From a virus, in IMG/VR virus record IMGVR_UViG_3300025689_000508, positions 111 to 64,110 of that record: a DNA stretch of 64,000 bases. One strand, given 5' to 3'. Under the pieces are notes generated by a model that did not search any database, was not told where the DNA came from, and saw only the letters and a list, made by a program, of their open reading frames with translations. The stretch's first letter is position 1. Every line of letters starts with the position of its first letter. A program made the translations under genes and the position numbers. Below are positions 36,256 to 46,018 of the stretch, piece after piece.

Positions 36256-37231
36256 TCTCCGAAAACATCCAAACGCAGACTGTCTGGATATTTTTCAGGT
36301 TTTAGGGTGGCAAATAGTTTCAAAATCTGGAACGTTTTCCGAGGGAGATTTATGTATTTACATCGAGATTGATTCCATTGTCAACGAGCACCCAGAGTTC
36401 GAGTTTCTTCGAAACAAAGGTTTTCGAGTTCGCCCGATTCGTCTGCGAGGCGAAGCTTCAAATGGCCTTTGCCTGCCGGTAAGTTCCTTGGCCAAATTTG
36501 GTTACGATATGGCTGGCCCTCTTTATGTGGGTATGGACGTATCTGATATAATTGGTGCCAAGCATTACGAGAAGCCGCTACCTGCCGCTTTGTCTGGTCA
36601 GGCTTTGGGTTATCTGCCAAGCTTCATCATCAAGACAGACGAGGACAATCTCCGAAGTTACCCCGAAGCTCTTGACGAGTTAAGGGGCCGGGAGTTCTAT
36701 ATCACCCGAAAAGACGACGGTAGCTCTGGTACATTTTTTGTACATAAGGGTGTATTCGGTGTTTGCAGTCGAAACCTTCAACTGGCCGAAGACGACAAAA
36801 ATCTATTTTGGAAGTTGGCTCGTAAATACGATATTGAGAACAAAATCAAGACATTCTTCGGAGAGCAAGACATTGCTATTCAAGGTGAAGTCGTTGGACC
36901 GGGAGTCAACGGCAACAATCTTGGCTTGACAGACCATGAGTTGCACCTGTTTAGCATTCAGTTCTTGGATGTTCGAACCTACGCTACGTTTGTCCAGTTG
37001 CAAGGTTTTTGCAATGATACATCCATTCCAATGGTAACACTTGTTGAAATGGGTGATAAATTTCAATACAATCTTGAAGCTCTCATCAAGAAGGCCAATA
37101 ACTTAAAGTATCCAAACGGTACTCCTGCTGAGGGTATTGTTATTCGTCCACAATGGCCGCTGCGAAGCACCGTCCTAAACAAGGAGTGGTCTGGAAAAGT
37201 CCTTAACGAAAATTACAAGGACACTGAATGA
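36221..37231 (+). CDS. RNA ligase, Rnl2/DRB0094 family
   Basis: HPNAD.L, ITRKDDGSS (KxDG), CSRN, QGEVVGPG, EGIVIR. Confidence 0.9.
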   Translation: MKPTATIQRVSNLRKHPNADCLDIFQVLGWQIVSKSGTFSEGDLCIYIEIDSIVNEHPEFEFLRNKGFRVRPIRLRGEASNGLCLPVSSLAKFGYDMAGPLYVGMDVSDIIGAKHYEKPLPAALSGQALGYLPSFIIKTDEDNLRSYPEALDELRGREFYITRKDDGSSGTFFVHKGVFGVCSRNLQLAEDDKNLFWKLARKYDIENKIKTFFGEQDIAIQGEVVGPGVNGNNLGLTDHELHLFSIQFLDVRTYATFVQLQGFCNDTSIPMVTLVEMGDKFQYNLEALIKKANNLKYPNGTPAEGIVIRPQWPLRSTVLNKEWSGKVLNENYKDTE

Positions 37232-37644
37232 GCAATCTTTTCTTAGACGACATTCGCAAGCCGCTCGACGTAACACATGCTTGGCATAATAGCGGATGGG
37301 AAGAATTCCCACTATATTCGTGGGACATCGTACGCTCTTATGATGAGTTTGTTGATTACATCATTAAAAACGGTTTACCTAGCCGCATTTCCTTTGATCA
37401 TGACTTATCGTGGGAACACTATCCTCAAGATGAATTGAGGATGGGGGGTCCAATAGATTACAGTAAATTCAAAGAAAAAACTGGACTGGATGCCGCAAAA
37501 TGGTTGGTTGAGTACTGCGATTCTAAAAACTTGCCATTACCTGAGTGGTTTGTTCATTCATCCAACCCCGTGGGAAGGATGAATATCGTAAACTATCTCA
37601 GGTCTTATGAACTTTTCAAACAATCGTGCTTCCTAAACCGCTAA
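37228..37644 (+). CDS. Cyclic-phosphate-processing receiver-domain protein
   Basis: LFLDDIR.P, ISFDHDL, TGLDAAKWL, HSSNPVG. Confidence 0.8.
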   Translation: MSNLFLDDIRKPLDVTHAWHNSGWEEFPLYSWDIVRSYDEFVDYIIKNGLPSRISFDHDLSWEHYPQDELRMGGPIDYSKFKEKTGLDAAKWLVEYCDSKNLPLPEWFVHSSNPVGRMNIVNYLRSYELFKQSCFLNR

Positions 37645-37663
37645 ACAAAATTTTAAGGAAACC

Positions 37664-37847
37664 ATGAAGTGCCCCCGCAACCCATAGAAAGCTGGCTGGT
37701 TACCAGTATGGGCCTTTACGGGACATCGAATCAGACCGGGGTCTTCGCTCCGTCAAAATCATATACCTCCAATTGGCGTGTCCATCTGAACTGTTCGCCA
37801 AATATCATGGTTTCCCCTTGACTTTTTCTAAACAATCCGTAGAATAG
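37664..37847 (+). CDS. Small hypothetical protein split by a +1 homopolymer frameshift (C5 at 37672..37676)
   Basis: Removing one C gives MKCPATHRKLAGYQYGPLRDIES...KQSVE*, filling an otherwise empty gap; AAGGAA upstream. Confidence 0.45.
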
Positions 37848-37852
37848 CAGTT

Positions 37853-38053
37853 ATGTATGTTAAAATTGTCTATGGCTGCGAACGTTGTCACAGTGAGCAC
37901 GACCATCATAATTGGGTTTTTCCATGTCATGAATGCGGTCAAGAAATTTGTGAAGATTGCATGTATGGATGGGGAGTCTGCCAGAAATGTGCCGAAGGTA
38001 AGACCAACAAAGAACTGAAAGAGAAATTCGAAAAAAGGCATGAAACCCGATAG
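37853..38053 (+). CDS. Small zinc-finger protein
   Basis: CERC, CHECG, CEDC, CQKC; promoter 37818..37845. Confidence 0.65.
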   Translation: MYVKIVYGCERCHSEHDHHNWVFPCHECGQEICEDCMYGWGVCQKCAEGKTNKELKEKFEKRHETR

Positions 38054-38363
38054 AGAAGGTATTTGGGAATGGTTCGACAGTAAAGGCGTTAAACGCCTTG
38101 TATATGTCTGTGACACCAACAAAAAACGCCGAGAAAAAACAGGACACACTGAACCATCTTTGGAGGTTTACTGGTGGGGCGGATATTATCCCATCAACGA
38201 TACTGTAGAAGACCTTTACAACGGCAAAGGCGAGTTAATCCAAAAAGGGTACGTGAGAAAAGCAGAATGGCCCGACAGGTGGGGAGAATTCGTGGGCGAA
38301 CATGGTAGTATCCCGGATGATCAACTTTGCTTGGGACCATGGCCTGAACATCATACAAAATAA
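38040..38363 (+). CDS. Hypothetical protein
   Basis: 107-aa Trp-rich ORF. Confidence 0.55.
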   Translation: MKPDREGIWEWFDSKGVKRLVYVCDTNKKRREKTGHTEPSLEVYWWGGYYPINDTVEDLYNGKGELIQKGYVRKAEWPDRWGEFVGEHGSIPDDQLCLGPWPEHHTK

Positions 38364-38422
38364 TGGAGAAAGCCAAGCTTTCCAGTTGACAATTACCCGA
38401 AATCCAATATCCGAACCAAACA

Positions 38423-39547
38423 ATGAAAATCAACATCAACGACATTGACCTTGACCAATTCATGGTTCACCCACATACCACAAATGGTGAAACCCTGTAT
38501 TTGGTTCAACCCCAAATCATGGGATGTCGTTGGACGCAGGAGAATAAGATCTTTCGTTCCTCTCTTTGGAACGAACAAGGTGAACTCGTGTCCGCTGGTT
38601 TCCCTAAGTTCACAAACTGGGGCGAGAATCCCGACAACTTTCCTGTACCAAAGTCCCTTAAGGACACTGTGATTACTGAAAAGTTGGATGGTTCGCTTTT
38701 GATTGTATCCAAGTACAAGGGTAACTACATTCTACGTACTCGGGGAACCGTGGATGCTACTAAGTTGAACAATGGCCACGAACTTGAAATCTTTAAGCAA
38801 AAGTATTTGCCGAAGCTTAAGTCCTTGATGACTCCGGATATTATAAATAATCCGGAAGGCCCAGATACTTGGGATTCATCTTGGTTGTTCGAATGGGTAT
38901 CACCCCAACAGCGCATTATTTTGAACTACGGGGATCATCCCGAATGGTATTTGGTGGGGAGGGTGATTCACGAAGATTATTCACTGGTATCGCAAGATAC
39001 CTTGAACGATATCGCTGATTGGGTCGGATTTAAGCGTCCTACCGTTTACAGCTTTCCTTCTGTAGAAGACCTCATGAAGGATGTTGAAGCGTGGAAAGGT
39101 AAGGAAGGTGTTGTGGTTTATTCTGGCAATGGTCAAGTGCTCCACAAGGTTAAGGGTGCTTGGTATCTTGCACTTCACCGCATGAAGGAAGCCTTGGCGT
39201 CAATCGACAAGGTTATCGACGTGTGGTATGAGCAGGGTGAACCGACCTATGACGAATTCGAGAAGTTCATCGTGGACCGATTTGACTGGGAACTCTGGAC
39301 TCAATGCCGAGGCGACGTGTCTCGTATCTGCGACGGAGCAAAGAACGTTCAAGAAATCATCACCGGGATGCTTTCTTTCGTGAACGATACGCTCAAGCCA
39401 TTGCCTACCCGTAAGGATCAGGCAATCAAGGTCATCCAGTCCTACGGTAATACGAACCGTGCATCCTTCGTATTCAAGTTGCTTGACGGAAAGACGCTTG
39501 ATAAAGAAGACCGAAAAAAGTTGTTGTATCAGGTCTTGAAAAAGTGA
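38423..39547 (+). CDS. RNA ligase, T4 Rnl1-like
   Basis: GFPKFTNWGE, TEKLDGSL, RTRGT, LFEW, EGVVVY, KVKGAWY. Confidence 0.85.
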   Translation: MKININDIDLDQFMVHPHTTNGETLYLVQPQIMGCRWTQENKIFRSSLWNEQGELVSAGFPKFTNWGENPDNFPVPKSLKDTVITEKLDGSLLIVSKYKGNYILRTRGTVDATKLNNGHELEIFKQKYLPKLKSLMTPDIINNPEGPDTWDSSWLFEWVSPQQRIILNYGDHPEWYLVGRVIHEDYSLVSQDTLNDIADWVGFKRPTVYSFPSVEDLMKDVEAWKGKEGVVVYSGNGQVLHKVKGAWYLALHRMKEALASIDKVIDVWYEQGEPTYDEFEKFIVDRFDWELWTQCRGDVSRICDGAKNVQEIITGMLSFVNDTLKPLPTRKDQAIKVIQSYGNTNRASFVFKLLDGKTLDKEDRKKLLYQVLKK

Positions 39548-39674
39548 AGAAACTTTCAACATATAGAAAAGGTGTGATACAAGACACTGTTAAATGGGTA
39601 GTGACAGTAGGAATACTAGCACTACTCATTTACCTTTGGAACGAATGTTTAACCAATTAACGAAAGAAAAATAC

Positions 39675-40682
39675 ATGGGTTGCTGGAACGGAACATGTGG
39701 TATTAGTCAACTGCCAATCACGGCAGGGGCCAAGGTCAAAGCGATACTTCTGCTTCAATCGGAGTATCATCAAGAAATACAAGGTTCGAGTTCCTGTTAC
39801 TCTTCAAACTTTTTCCGCCCTTGGTTCTTTCCTGTCACTGCCGAGTATAATAATTACGGTAGTATCGAGAATATTGTAAAGGATTGGAATTCCAAGTACA
39901 TGCTCGAAACGTTCCGTCGGTGGGTGGCAGAAGGAGAAGTCAAACTCCTTGGAGAACATGCCGAAATCAACGACCCCGGCATCACTAAATTTAATAAACT
40001 TGAAGACGTATTTGCTTGTGTAGAACGGGGTTCTCTCGTGAAGAAAGGAGAACGTACAGATAAATATCTTAAAATCAGTCTCTTCATGGTGCTGGATAGC
40101 GTTTATCATGCTATGATAAAAGCTTCCAAAAAATTCATGAATAAACCTGAAAATAATGATGACAAAAAATATTACGAAGAAAACCGTGCCGAAGCGTTAA
40201 AATCTATTGCCAATATGAGACAGGGAAATCTGTCTCTTCCCATTTCCGGAGATTTGAAAGACGATGAAAATACCAAATCGGCTCTTCAACGAGCATTTCT
40301 AACTGTTCATAACTTTTACGTTAATCGTCTATTGGGTGGCCCGATTGAAGAACACTGTGCCTACAAGCATTACAAAAATATTCTTTATTCTCCTAACGTA
40401 GTTACAGTAGAAGACTTCATGGTGGCACTGGACAATGCTTATTGGTTGGAAACTGCCATGTGCTATCTCCGCAAACTTTGGATTCCCCAGACGGGGCAAG
40501 GTAGTCAAAGTGAAGAATTGGAGTTTAACAAAGCTTTGAATGAAGCAGTTTCCAAACATATTCGGCATCGAAATGCCGAAATGAAGAAATGGCATCTTAA
40601 AGACGAAAAGGTCGTAAAAGAAACAGGAAAGCCATCAAAACAATCAAAGAAAAAGGCAAAAAATGAAATGGATACACAATAA
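39675..40682 (+). CDS. Conserved phage hypothetical protein (start MGCWN inferred)
   Basis: MGCWNGTCGISQLPI, YNNYG. Confidence 0.7.
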   Translation: MGCWNGTCGISQLPITAGAKVKAILLLQSEYHQEIQGSSSCYSSNFFRPWFFPVTAEYNNYGSIENIVKDWNSKYMLETFRRWVAEGEVKLLGEHAEINDPGITKFNKLEDVFACVERGSLVKKGERTDKYLKISLFMVLDSVYHAMIKASKKFMNKPENNDDKKYYEENRAEALKSIANMRQGNLSLPISGDLKDDENTKSALQRAFLTVHNFYVNRLLGGPIEEHCAYKHYKNILYSPNVVTVEDFMVALDNAYWLETAMCYLRKLWIPQTGQGSQSEELEFNKALNEAVSKHIRHRNAEMKKWHLKDEKVVKETGKPSKQSKKKAKNEMDTQ

Positions 40683-40953
40683 AAACGAGGTTCCTAAAGA
40701 ACCGCATTTCGCTATCATCGAGTTTTCACGCTACTGGGTGGAAGGCGATGAACGGAGCCAAACTAACCCCGGTCACGGCTATCCCGGCCATTACGAGAAC
40801 AAATGCGAGTACATTGTCTTCGAATGTGAAGGCGAATGGAAAAATGAGATTGAAAAGCGAATGAATTCAGCATTTGGAAAAAAGGATAATTTTGTTGCCG
40901 TAAGGGTTACACCGGCAAACGTTTCGACGCAAGTCACAGTAAATATCCGGTAA
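40663..40953 (+). CDS. Hypothetical phage protein
   Basis: GDERSQTNPGHGYP motif. Confidence 0.65.
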   Translation: MKWIHNKNEVPKEPHFAIIEFSRYWVEGDERSQTNPGHGYPGHYENKCEYIVFECEGEWKNEIEKRMNSAFGKKDNFVAVRVTPANVSTQVTVNIR

Positions 40954-41002
40954 TGAACAATGAACTTGACAGGACTGGAGAAATCTGATAGATTACGAAT
41001 GT

Positions 41003-41464
41003 ATGATAGCGATACTTCTTGTTGGTGCTCCCGGTAGCGGAAAGTCAACATGGGGTGAGAAGTTTGCCAAAGACAATGGATACACGTATCTCTCGTCTGA
41101 CCGCAACCGAGCCCGTGTTGGAAGGGGAGAGGATGATCAGCAAGCGTCTGCCCTTGCCTTTGCTCTGTTAAAAACAGAAATGACAATGGCACTCAACCGT
41201 GGTGAAAACGTCGTTGTTGACGCAACTTTCATGTCACGGAAATCCCGTGAGGATTTCGTCAAGATTGCCCGTGATCGGGGTGCTTTTTTGAAGGCTGTTG
41301 TATTCGATATTCCTAGGGAAACCATTCTCAAACAGAATGCAAAACGTGCTGCTTCCGGTGGCCGTAATGTGCCTATTTCTGTGATTGACAAAATGTTAAG
41401 CAACTATCAAAAACCAGAACCACCAGAATTCGATGAAGTCATCATCCGAAACTCCTTACAATAA
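41003..41464 (+). CDS. P-loop polynucleotide kinase-like protein (AAA_33)
   Basis: GAPGSGKST, SSDRNR, VVDATF, RNVP..VI..M. Confidence 0.85.
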   Translation: MIAILLVGAPGSGKSTWGEKFAKDNGYTYLSSDRNRARVGRGEDDQQASALAFALLKTEMTMALNRGENVVVDATFMSRKSREDFVKIARDRGAFLKAVVFDIPRETILKQNAKRAASGGRNVPISVIDKMLSNYQKPEPPEFDEVIIRNSLQ

Positions 41465-41585
41465 AAATGCCGGGAAAGGCATGAGACCAATTGTGGGATA
41501 CAACTATCGCAACTGGTACAAAAATTTTCCAAAATCGATGGGGCCTAAGAAACCTAAAGCCTCAAAACAAAAAGAACAATAACAT

Positions 41586-41945
41586 ATGACAGAACAAGAA
41601 AATAAACCTTTAGTGCCCCAATCCGTTATTCCAGAACCAGTACCTACTAAAGTGGACCTTCCGTCGGCAACGGGGGTAGTAGTAATTGATTTTGAGACTG
41701 TCAAGCCCAACTCCGTGGTTGTCATAAAAATTGCCCCAGAAGGAATGCAACAACGAATTGCGGCAACTCAACAAATTGCTATGGCACTTCGTCCTCTCCG
41801 TGAAAAGATTCAAGAAAAGAATTTGGCGTTTATTGTTATGTCCACAGAAGAAACTATGGATGTACTTGACCCAGAACAAATGGAAGCATTGGGTTGGATC
41901 AAGAAGGAACAGAGTCGAATCATAACTTTAGACCAAGTACGTTAG
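41586..41945 (+). CDS. Hypothetical protein
   Basis: 119-aa ORF. Confidence 0.6.
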   Translation: MTEQENKPLVPQSVIPEPVPTKVDLPSATGVVVIDFETVKPNSVVVIKIAPEGMQQRIAATQQIAMALRPLREKIQEKNLAFIVMSTEETMDVLDPEQMEALGWIKKEQSRIITLDQVR

Positions 41946-42452
41946 TGAGGATTGATACTACAAAAATAACAAACTGGAAAATTGCCAGTAAAACTCGTCC
42001 TATCAAGGCGAAACCTCTTGTTAGTCTTATTGTTGATAAGTCTGTAACAAGCAAGTTTCTTGTGGATACTCTTGAAGGACACGAACCTCTTGGTGATGGC
42101 GTAGTTATCTGTATCGGGGAAGCAGGAGATGCGTGGCAACAAATGCCAAAAAAGCTTCTCCAAAAATATTCCGTAAAAGGGATTGACAAAGACGGCTGGA
42201 TGGAATGTGAACCTCTTCCGGACAATGCTGTGAATTGTTGGGAAGTTCCAGACTCCGCCTGTTCTCCGGATGAATTAAATCGCAAGATCTTTACTATTAT
42301 CGGTCAATGGGGAGCAACGGTGGGAAATGAAAAAAAAAAACGTCCAAAGTGGTGAGAGTGGAGACTTCATTTGCCAAAATCAAACAGACCCAACAGATGT
42401 CTGGATTGTTAAACGGAAATTGTTTTTGAATACCTACGTAATCAAGACCTGA
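41945..42452 (+). CDS. Hypothetical (PGDYG-like) protein split by a +1 frameshift in an A11 run (42330..42340)
   Basis: Removing one A continues into NVQSGESGDFICQNQTDPTDVWIVKRKLFLNTYVIKT*; GTG start overlaps the previous TAG. Confidence 0.6.
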
Positions 42453-42491
42453 TAAGGTCTTGACATTTAGATTCAAATCGGGTATAATGAT

Positions 42492-43310
42492 GTGATGAAA
42501 ATTACACTCATTTTACCCGATCTTCATTTGAGATGGCAACATGCTCAAAGGATTATTGAGTCTATAAAAGCCGACCAAATTATTTTTCTTGGAGATTTCT
42601 TTGATGACCACGGAGATAATCCACAGGTAATTGGTGAAATGGCTGATTGGTTGGAAGCTGAGACCAAAAAGCCAAATAGAATTTTTTTGTGGGGTAACCA
42701 CGACCTTCATTATGCTCGTGCTGAATCCCATCTACAATGTAGCGGCTATAACCAATGGAAGTATTTTATCATCCGAGATCGTTATGAAAACACTAAAGTC
42801 TGGGATGCATTCAAATTCTTCCATATTCTCGATGGAAAATGGTTGCTATCTCACGGTGGGCTGCATAAGTTTCACCTTCCGAAAGCTATAGCCGACCTTC
42901 ATACCGACCGACCCGTCTTTTTTAAGGCATTGGAGGGATATCTAGACGAAGAATGTCGAAAAGCATTTCGACGGGATAGTTGGGTAACCCATGCTGGTCA
43001 TTCTCGTGGAGGAATGCAGAAAGCGGGTGGTTTAACGTGGTGTGATTTCGAAAGAGAGTTTTATCCCATTAAAGGATTGAACCAAATTTTCGGCCATACG
43101 GCACAGGGGTTTGGGTTTGCTAAATGGTGTTACCTCCAAGAAATTTCATACGTGACCTATCATCCATGTAACTTGTGGATGCCCACTCCAGAAAATTACA
43201 ATGACATCAACCAATCCTTAAACATCGATTTGGATGTTTACAAAAACATGCATTGGGGAATTTGGGATGGTGAACACCTGCGAGTTTTCAACTATAAAGA
43301 CGATTTGTAA
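42492..43310 (+). CDS. Calcineurin-like metallophosphoesterase
   Basis: PDLH, LGDFFD, GNHD, SHGG, QIFGHT; promoter 42460..42488. Confidence 0.88.
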   Translation: MMKITLILPDLHLRWQHAQRIIESIKADQIIFLGDFFDDHGDNPQVIGEMADWLEAETKKPNRIFLWGNHDLHYARAESHLQCSGYNQWKYFIIRDRYENTKVWDAFKFFHILDGKWLLSHGGLHKFHLPKAIADLHTDRPVFFKALEGYLDEECRKAFRRDSWVTHAGHSRGGMQKAGGLTWCDFEREFYPIKGLNQIFGHTAQGFGFAKWCYLQEISYVTYHPCNLWMPTPENYNDINQSLNIDLDVYKNMHWGIWDGEHLRVFNYKDDL

Positions 43311-43372
43311 CAGAAACGTAACGGAGTTTCATCGACTCCATTCTCTGGGTAAAATATGTAAGCTCAGAGATT

Positions 43373-43585
43373 ATGTCATTATATTTTGAAGTCAAATGTT
43401 CAATCTGTAATAAGGCTCTTAAAGTTCACCGGGGAATCTACAGATTTACCTGCATGTGCGATGAAGAGATTCGACTTCTAAATGCATTTGAGTTGGATAG
43501 TATTGAACACGGGTGGAGAATCAAAAAGAATCAGGCAAAAACATCTGTATTCGACCAATTATTTGCAATTGATTCTCAAGCCTGA
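43373..43585 (+). CDS. Small zinc-ribbon-like protein
   Basis: CSIC...CMC. Confidence 0.45.
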   Translation: MSLYFEVKCSICNKALKVHRGIYRFTCMCDEEIRLLNAFELDSIEHGWRIKKNQAKTSVFDQLFAIDSQA

Positions 43586-43859
43586 TATATTGAAGAACAA
43601 TTGTATTGGGGTAAAATCCAACAGTATCCAGCCTAATCCCATATTCAAACTCTTTTTCATTGAGAATATAATCAATATAATCCATGAGACCCCGAGGTTT
43701 CATCCAATGATAAAATAAGTCCTTCATGTCTTGGGTTGTGTGGAGAAGTATGTTCATACCAAGATTTTCATGACAAAGCATTGTTACGGTACGAAATGCA
43801 AAAGATTCAGAAGGAGGCTCCACAAGTGAATCGGATATGATTAAAATATCTGTATTCAT
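43521..43859 (-). CDS. Hypothetical protein
   Basis: 112-aa ORF; TATTTAT 5 nt upstream. Confidence 0.55.
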   Translation of the reverse strand: MNTDILIISDSLVEPPSESFAFRTVTMLCHENLGMNILLHTTQDMKDLFYHWMKPRGLMDYIDYILNEKEFEYGIRLDTVGFYPNTIVLQYIRLENQLQIIGRIQMFLPDSF

Positions 43860-43899
43860 CTATAATAAATATCTCTAGAAGACTCACAACAGGATATTT

Positions 43900-44466
43900 A
43901 TGTCCATGAAACAAAACATTGAGTGGATAGATTCGCTTTTGATGTATGGCGTTGATAGGCCAAACCGCCGCATTTTTTTATTCGACGACGTTGATAATAT
44001 GCCAATTGGTCTTGTTATTAAGGCAATGTATTGGATGGATTCTGAATCTAAAAAACCCATTCAACTTCATGTTGGATCTTATGGTGGATGTGAATACGAC
44101 ATGTTTGCGTTGTATGATGTCATTCAAACATTGAAATCACCTATTCATACAGTAGCTATTGGAAAATGTATGTCCGCAGCCCCGCTTCTTGTTGCTTGCG
44201 GGAGGAAAGGATATCGAATGGCAGCACCGAACACCTTTTTTATGGTCCACCAAGCTCATGGCGACATCGGAGGAAAGGTTGACGAAGTAAAAAACGACCT
44301 CGAACATTGGAAAGTTCTAGAAGAACGATGGAATACCCTTATAGCGAAACATACTAAAAAATCTATCGATTTCTGGAAAGCCCAGTGCGAAAAGATCGGA
44401 GACCGATATTTCGATGCCAAACAGGCAAAGGAATGGGGATTGGTAGATAAAGTATGGGGAGACTAA
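43900..44466 (+). CDS. clpP: ClpP-like protease proteolytic subunit
   Basis: RRIFLF, SYGG, GKCMSAA (Ser), FMVHQ (His), DRYFDAKQAKEWGLVD. Confidence 0.9.
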   Translation: MSMKQNIEWIDSLLMYGVDRPNRRIFLFDDVDNMPIGLVIKAMYWMDSESKKPIQLHVGSYGGCEYDMFALYDVIQTLKSPIHTVAIGKCMSAAPLLVACGRKGYRMAAPNTFFMVHQAHGDIGGKVDEVKNDLEHWKVLEERWNTLIAKHTKKSIDFWKAQCEKIGDRYFDAKQAKEWGLVDKVWGD

Positions 44467-44532
44467 ACTTTTTCCGCTTGACTTTTTATATGGAATGAAT
44501 ACAATAATCCTACCCTACTAGAAAGGAACGTT

Positions 44533-45171
44533 ATGCAGGGTATTGAAAACAAACTGTTGGTATTAAAATTGAACAAGTACTGGGTGGTTGTTGACACCGC
44601 TATTGTTGGTGATGCTCTCATCGACTTGGCGGCTGGTAAGAACAGCTATGCTTTGGACATCGATTATGCTGTCACAGAAGACGGCAAACCCGACACGTCT
44701 AAGGCACCAAACATCCGTCCAGTAACATGGGAAGAGTGGATCACTCTTCCAGTTCGACCTTGGGATTTTTCCATCCGGACAGTCAAAATGGAGATTCGTG
44801 TTCCAACCGTAATGATTGCTAAGAACTACACGAAGGTGCCGGAAGTGAGGTTCAGTGATATTCCATCTGCCGAACAGATCCGTATCCGAGACGGTAACAT
44901 CTGTCAGTACACTGGTAGAAAGTTGAAACGTGGAGAGGGATCGCTTGACCACATTTTACCGAAATCTCGTGGTGGTTCGAACACTTGGGAAAATCTTGTT
45001 TACGCCTGTAAGGAAATTAACTCCCTGAAAGGCGACAAGACGATCAAGGAAGCCGGACTAAGACTTATTAGGAAGCCTGTCAAGCCAAAACCGATTCCGA
45101 GAACGCTTTTGATTCGGGAGGCAAAACACCCAGATTGGCGTCTTTTCTTAAAAGAAATTGACGAAGATTAA
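44533..45171 (+). CDS. HNH endonuclease (McrA-like)
   Basis: IRDGNICQYTG, SLDHILPKSRGG.NTWENLV.AC..IN..KGD. Confidence 0.9.
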   Translation: MQGIENKLLVLKLNKYWVVVDTAIVGDALIDLAAGKNSYALDIDYAVTEDGKPDTSKAPNIRPVTWEEWITLPVRPWDFSIRTVKMEIRVPTVMIAKNYTKVPEVRFSDIPSAEQIRIRDGNICQYTGRKLKRGEGSLDHILPKSRGGSNTWENLVYACKEINSLKGDKTIKEAGLRLIRKPVKPKPIPRTLLIREAKHPDWRLFLKEIDED

Positions 45172-45176
45172 ACAAA

Positions 45177-45200
45177 GAGCCCCGGTTTTCACCGGGGCTC
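45177..45200. terminator. Bidirectional intrinsic terminator between convergent genes
   Basis: GAGCCCCGGT-TTTC-ACCGGGGCTC 10-bp stem flanked by A and T tracts. Confidence 0.8.
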
Positions 45201-45230
45201 TCTTTTGGTACTGATTCCGTATCCTACTGT

Positions 45231-45905
45231 CTAAATCTTATACCCTTGCTGGATTTGAGCTTCTTTATCTTCTTCGTCAAAAGAAATACCTTTGCTCATT
45301 TCCGAAGCAGCACAACAACGATATTTGATAGTTTTATCGCTAAGTGATTTCCACATCGAATCAGTTCCACCTGCACTAGCAACATAAGCTAACGTGGACG
45401 ATGATTTGAATCCAAGGTTTCCACCAACTGCCCAAGCATCCTGATTGGCTCCAAGATAAACAAATTCCCACTTGTACTTTTCTTCTTGGTGCTGGATCAT
45501 TTGTTTAACCTGATCGCTATTCCATTCTGTGGAAGAATTCTCTTCCCCGTCGGTAATAACCACAACCAAAACCTTTTCGGGTCTTTGGTCTTCTTCGGTC
45601 TTAGATAGCCGTTCGCCAACTTTCTTAACGACTATAGCGACAGCATCCAAGAGGGGGGTACCCCCACGAGGAACAAATATTTCTCGATTGAGTTTTGGAA
45701 CCTCTCTAAGGTCTTTCTGTTCATACACCGTTTCAACTTTTGGATCGTGAGTGTCAAATTGATAAAAGGAAACTTTGCATTCTGTTGGGACTTTGAGTTG
45801 TTCTTCGATGAAGGCGTTGAATCCACCAATCATATCATCTCTAATGGATTCCATGGAACCGGAACGGTCCACAATAAAGATGATCTCCGTAAGACCTTTT
45901 TTCAT
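45231..45905 (-). CDS. vWA-domain protein
   Basis: DRSGSM, GGTPLLDA, ITDGEENSS, FVYLGANQD. Confidence 0.9.
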   Translation of the reverse strand: MKKGLTEIIFIVDRSGSMESIRDDMIGGFNAFIEEQLKVPTECKVSFYQFDTHDPKVETVYEQKDLREVPKLNREIFVPRGGTPLLDAVAIVVKKVGERLSKTEEDQRPEKVLVVVITDGEENSSTEWNSDQVKQMIQHQEEKYKWEFVYLGANQDAWAVGGNLGFKSSSTLAYVASAGGTDSMWKSLSDKTIKYRCCAASEMSKGISFDEEDKEAQIQQGYKI

Positions 45906-46018
45906 AATTCTAACCTTTCTATTTTATGAAAGCCCCTCATACCGGGGATTTCGAGTTCATTAGATACATAGAGAAAATTCCGCTTTTCCACTTTTTTATT
46001 TACCTTGACGTGCAAATT

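Noticed and set aside
39781-44985. GGTTCGA T-loop-like heptamers near 39783 and 44975
   Set aside because: Both are inside protein-coding genes with no cloverleaf around them; no tRNA gene was found
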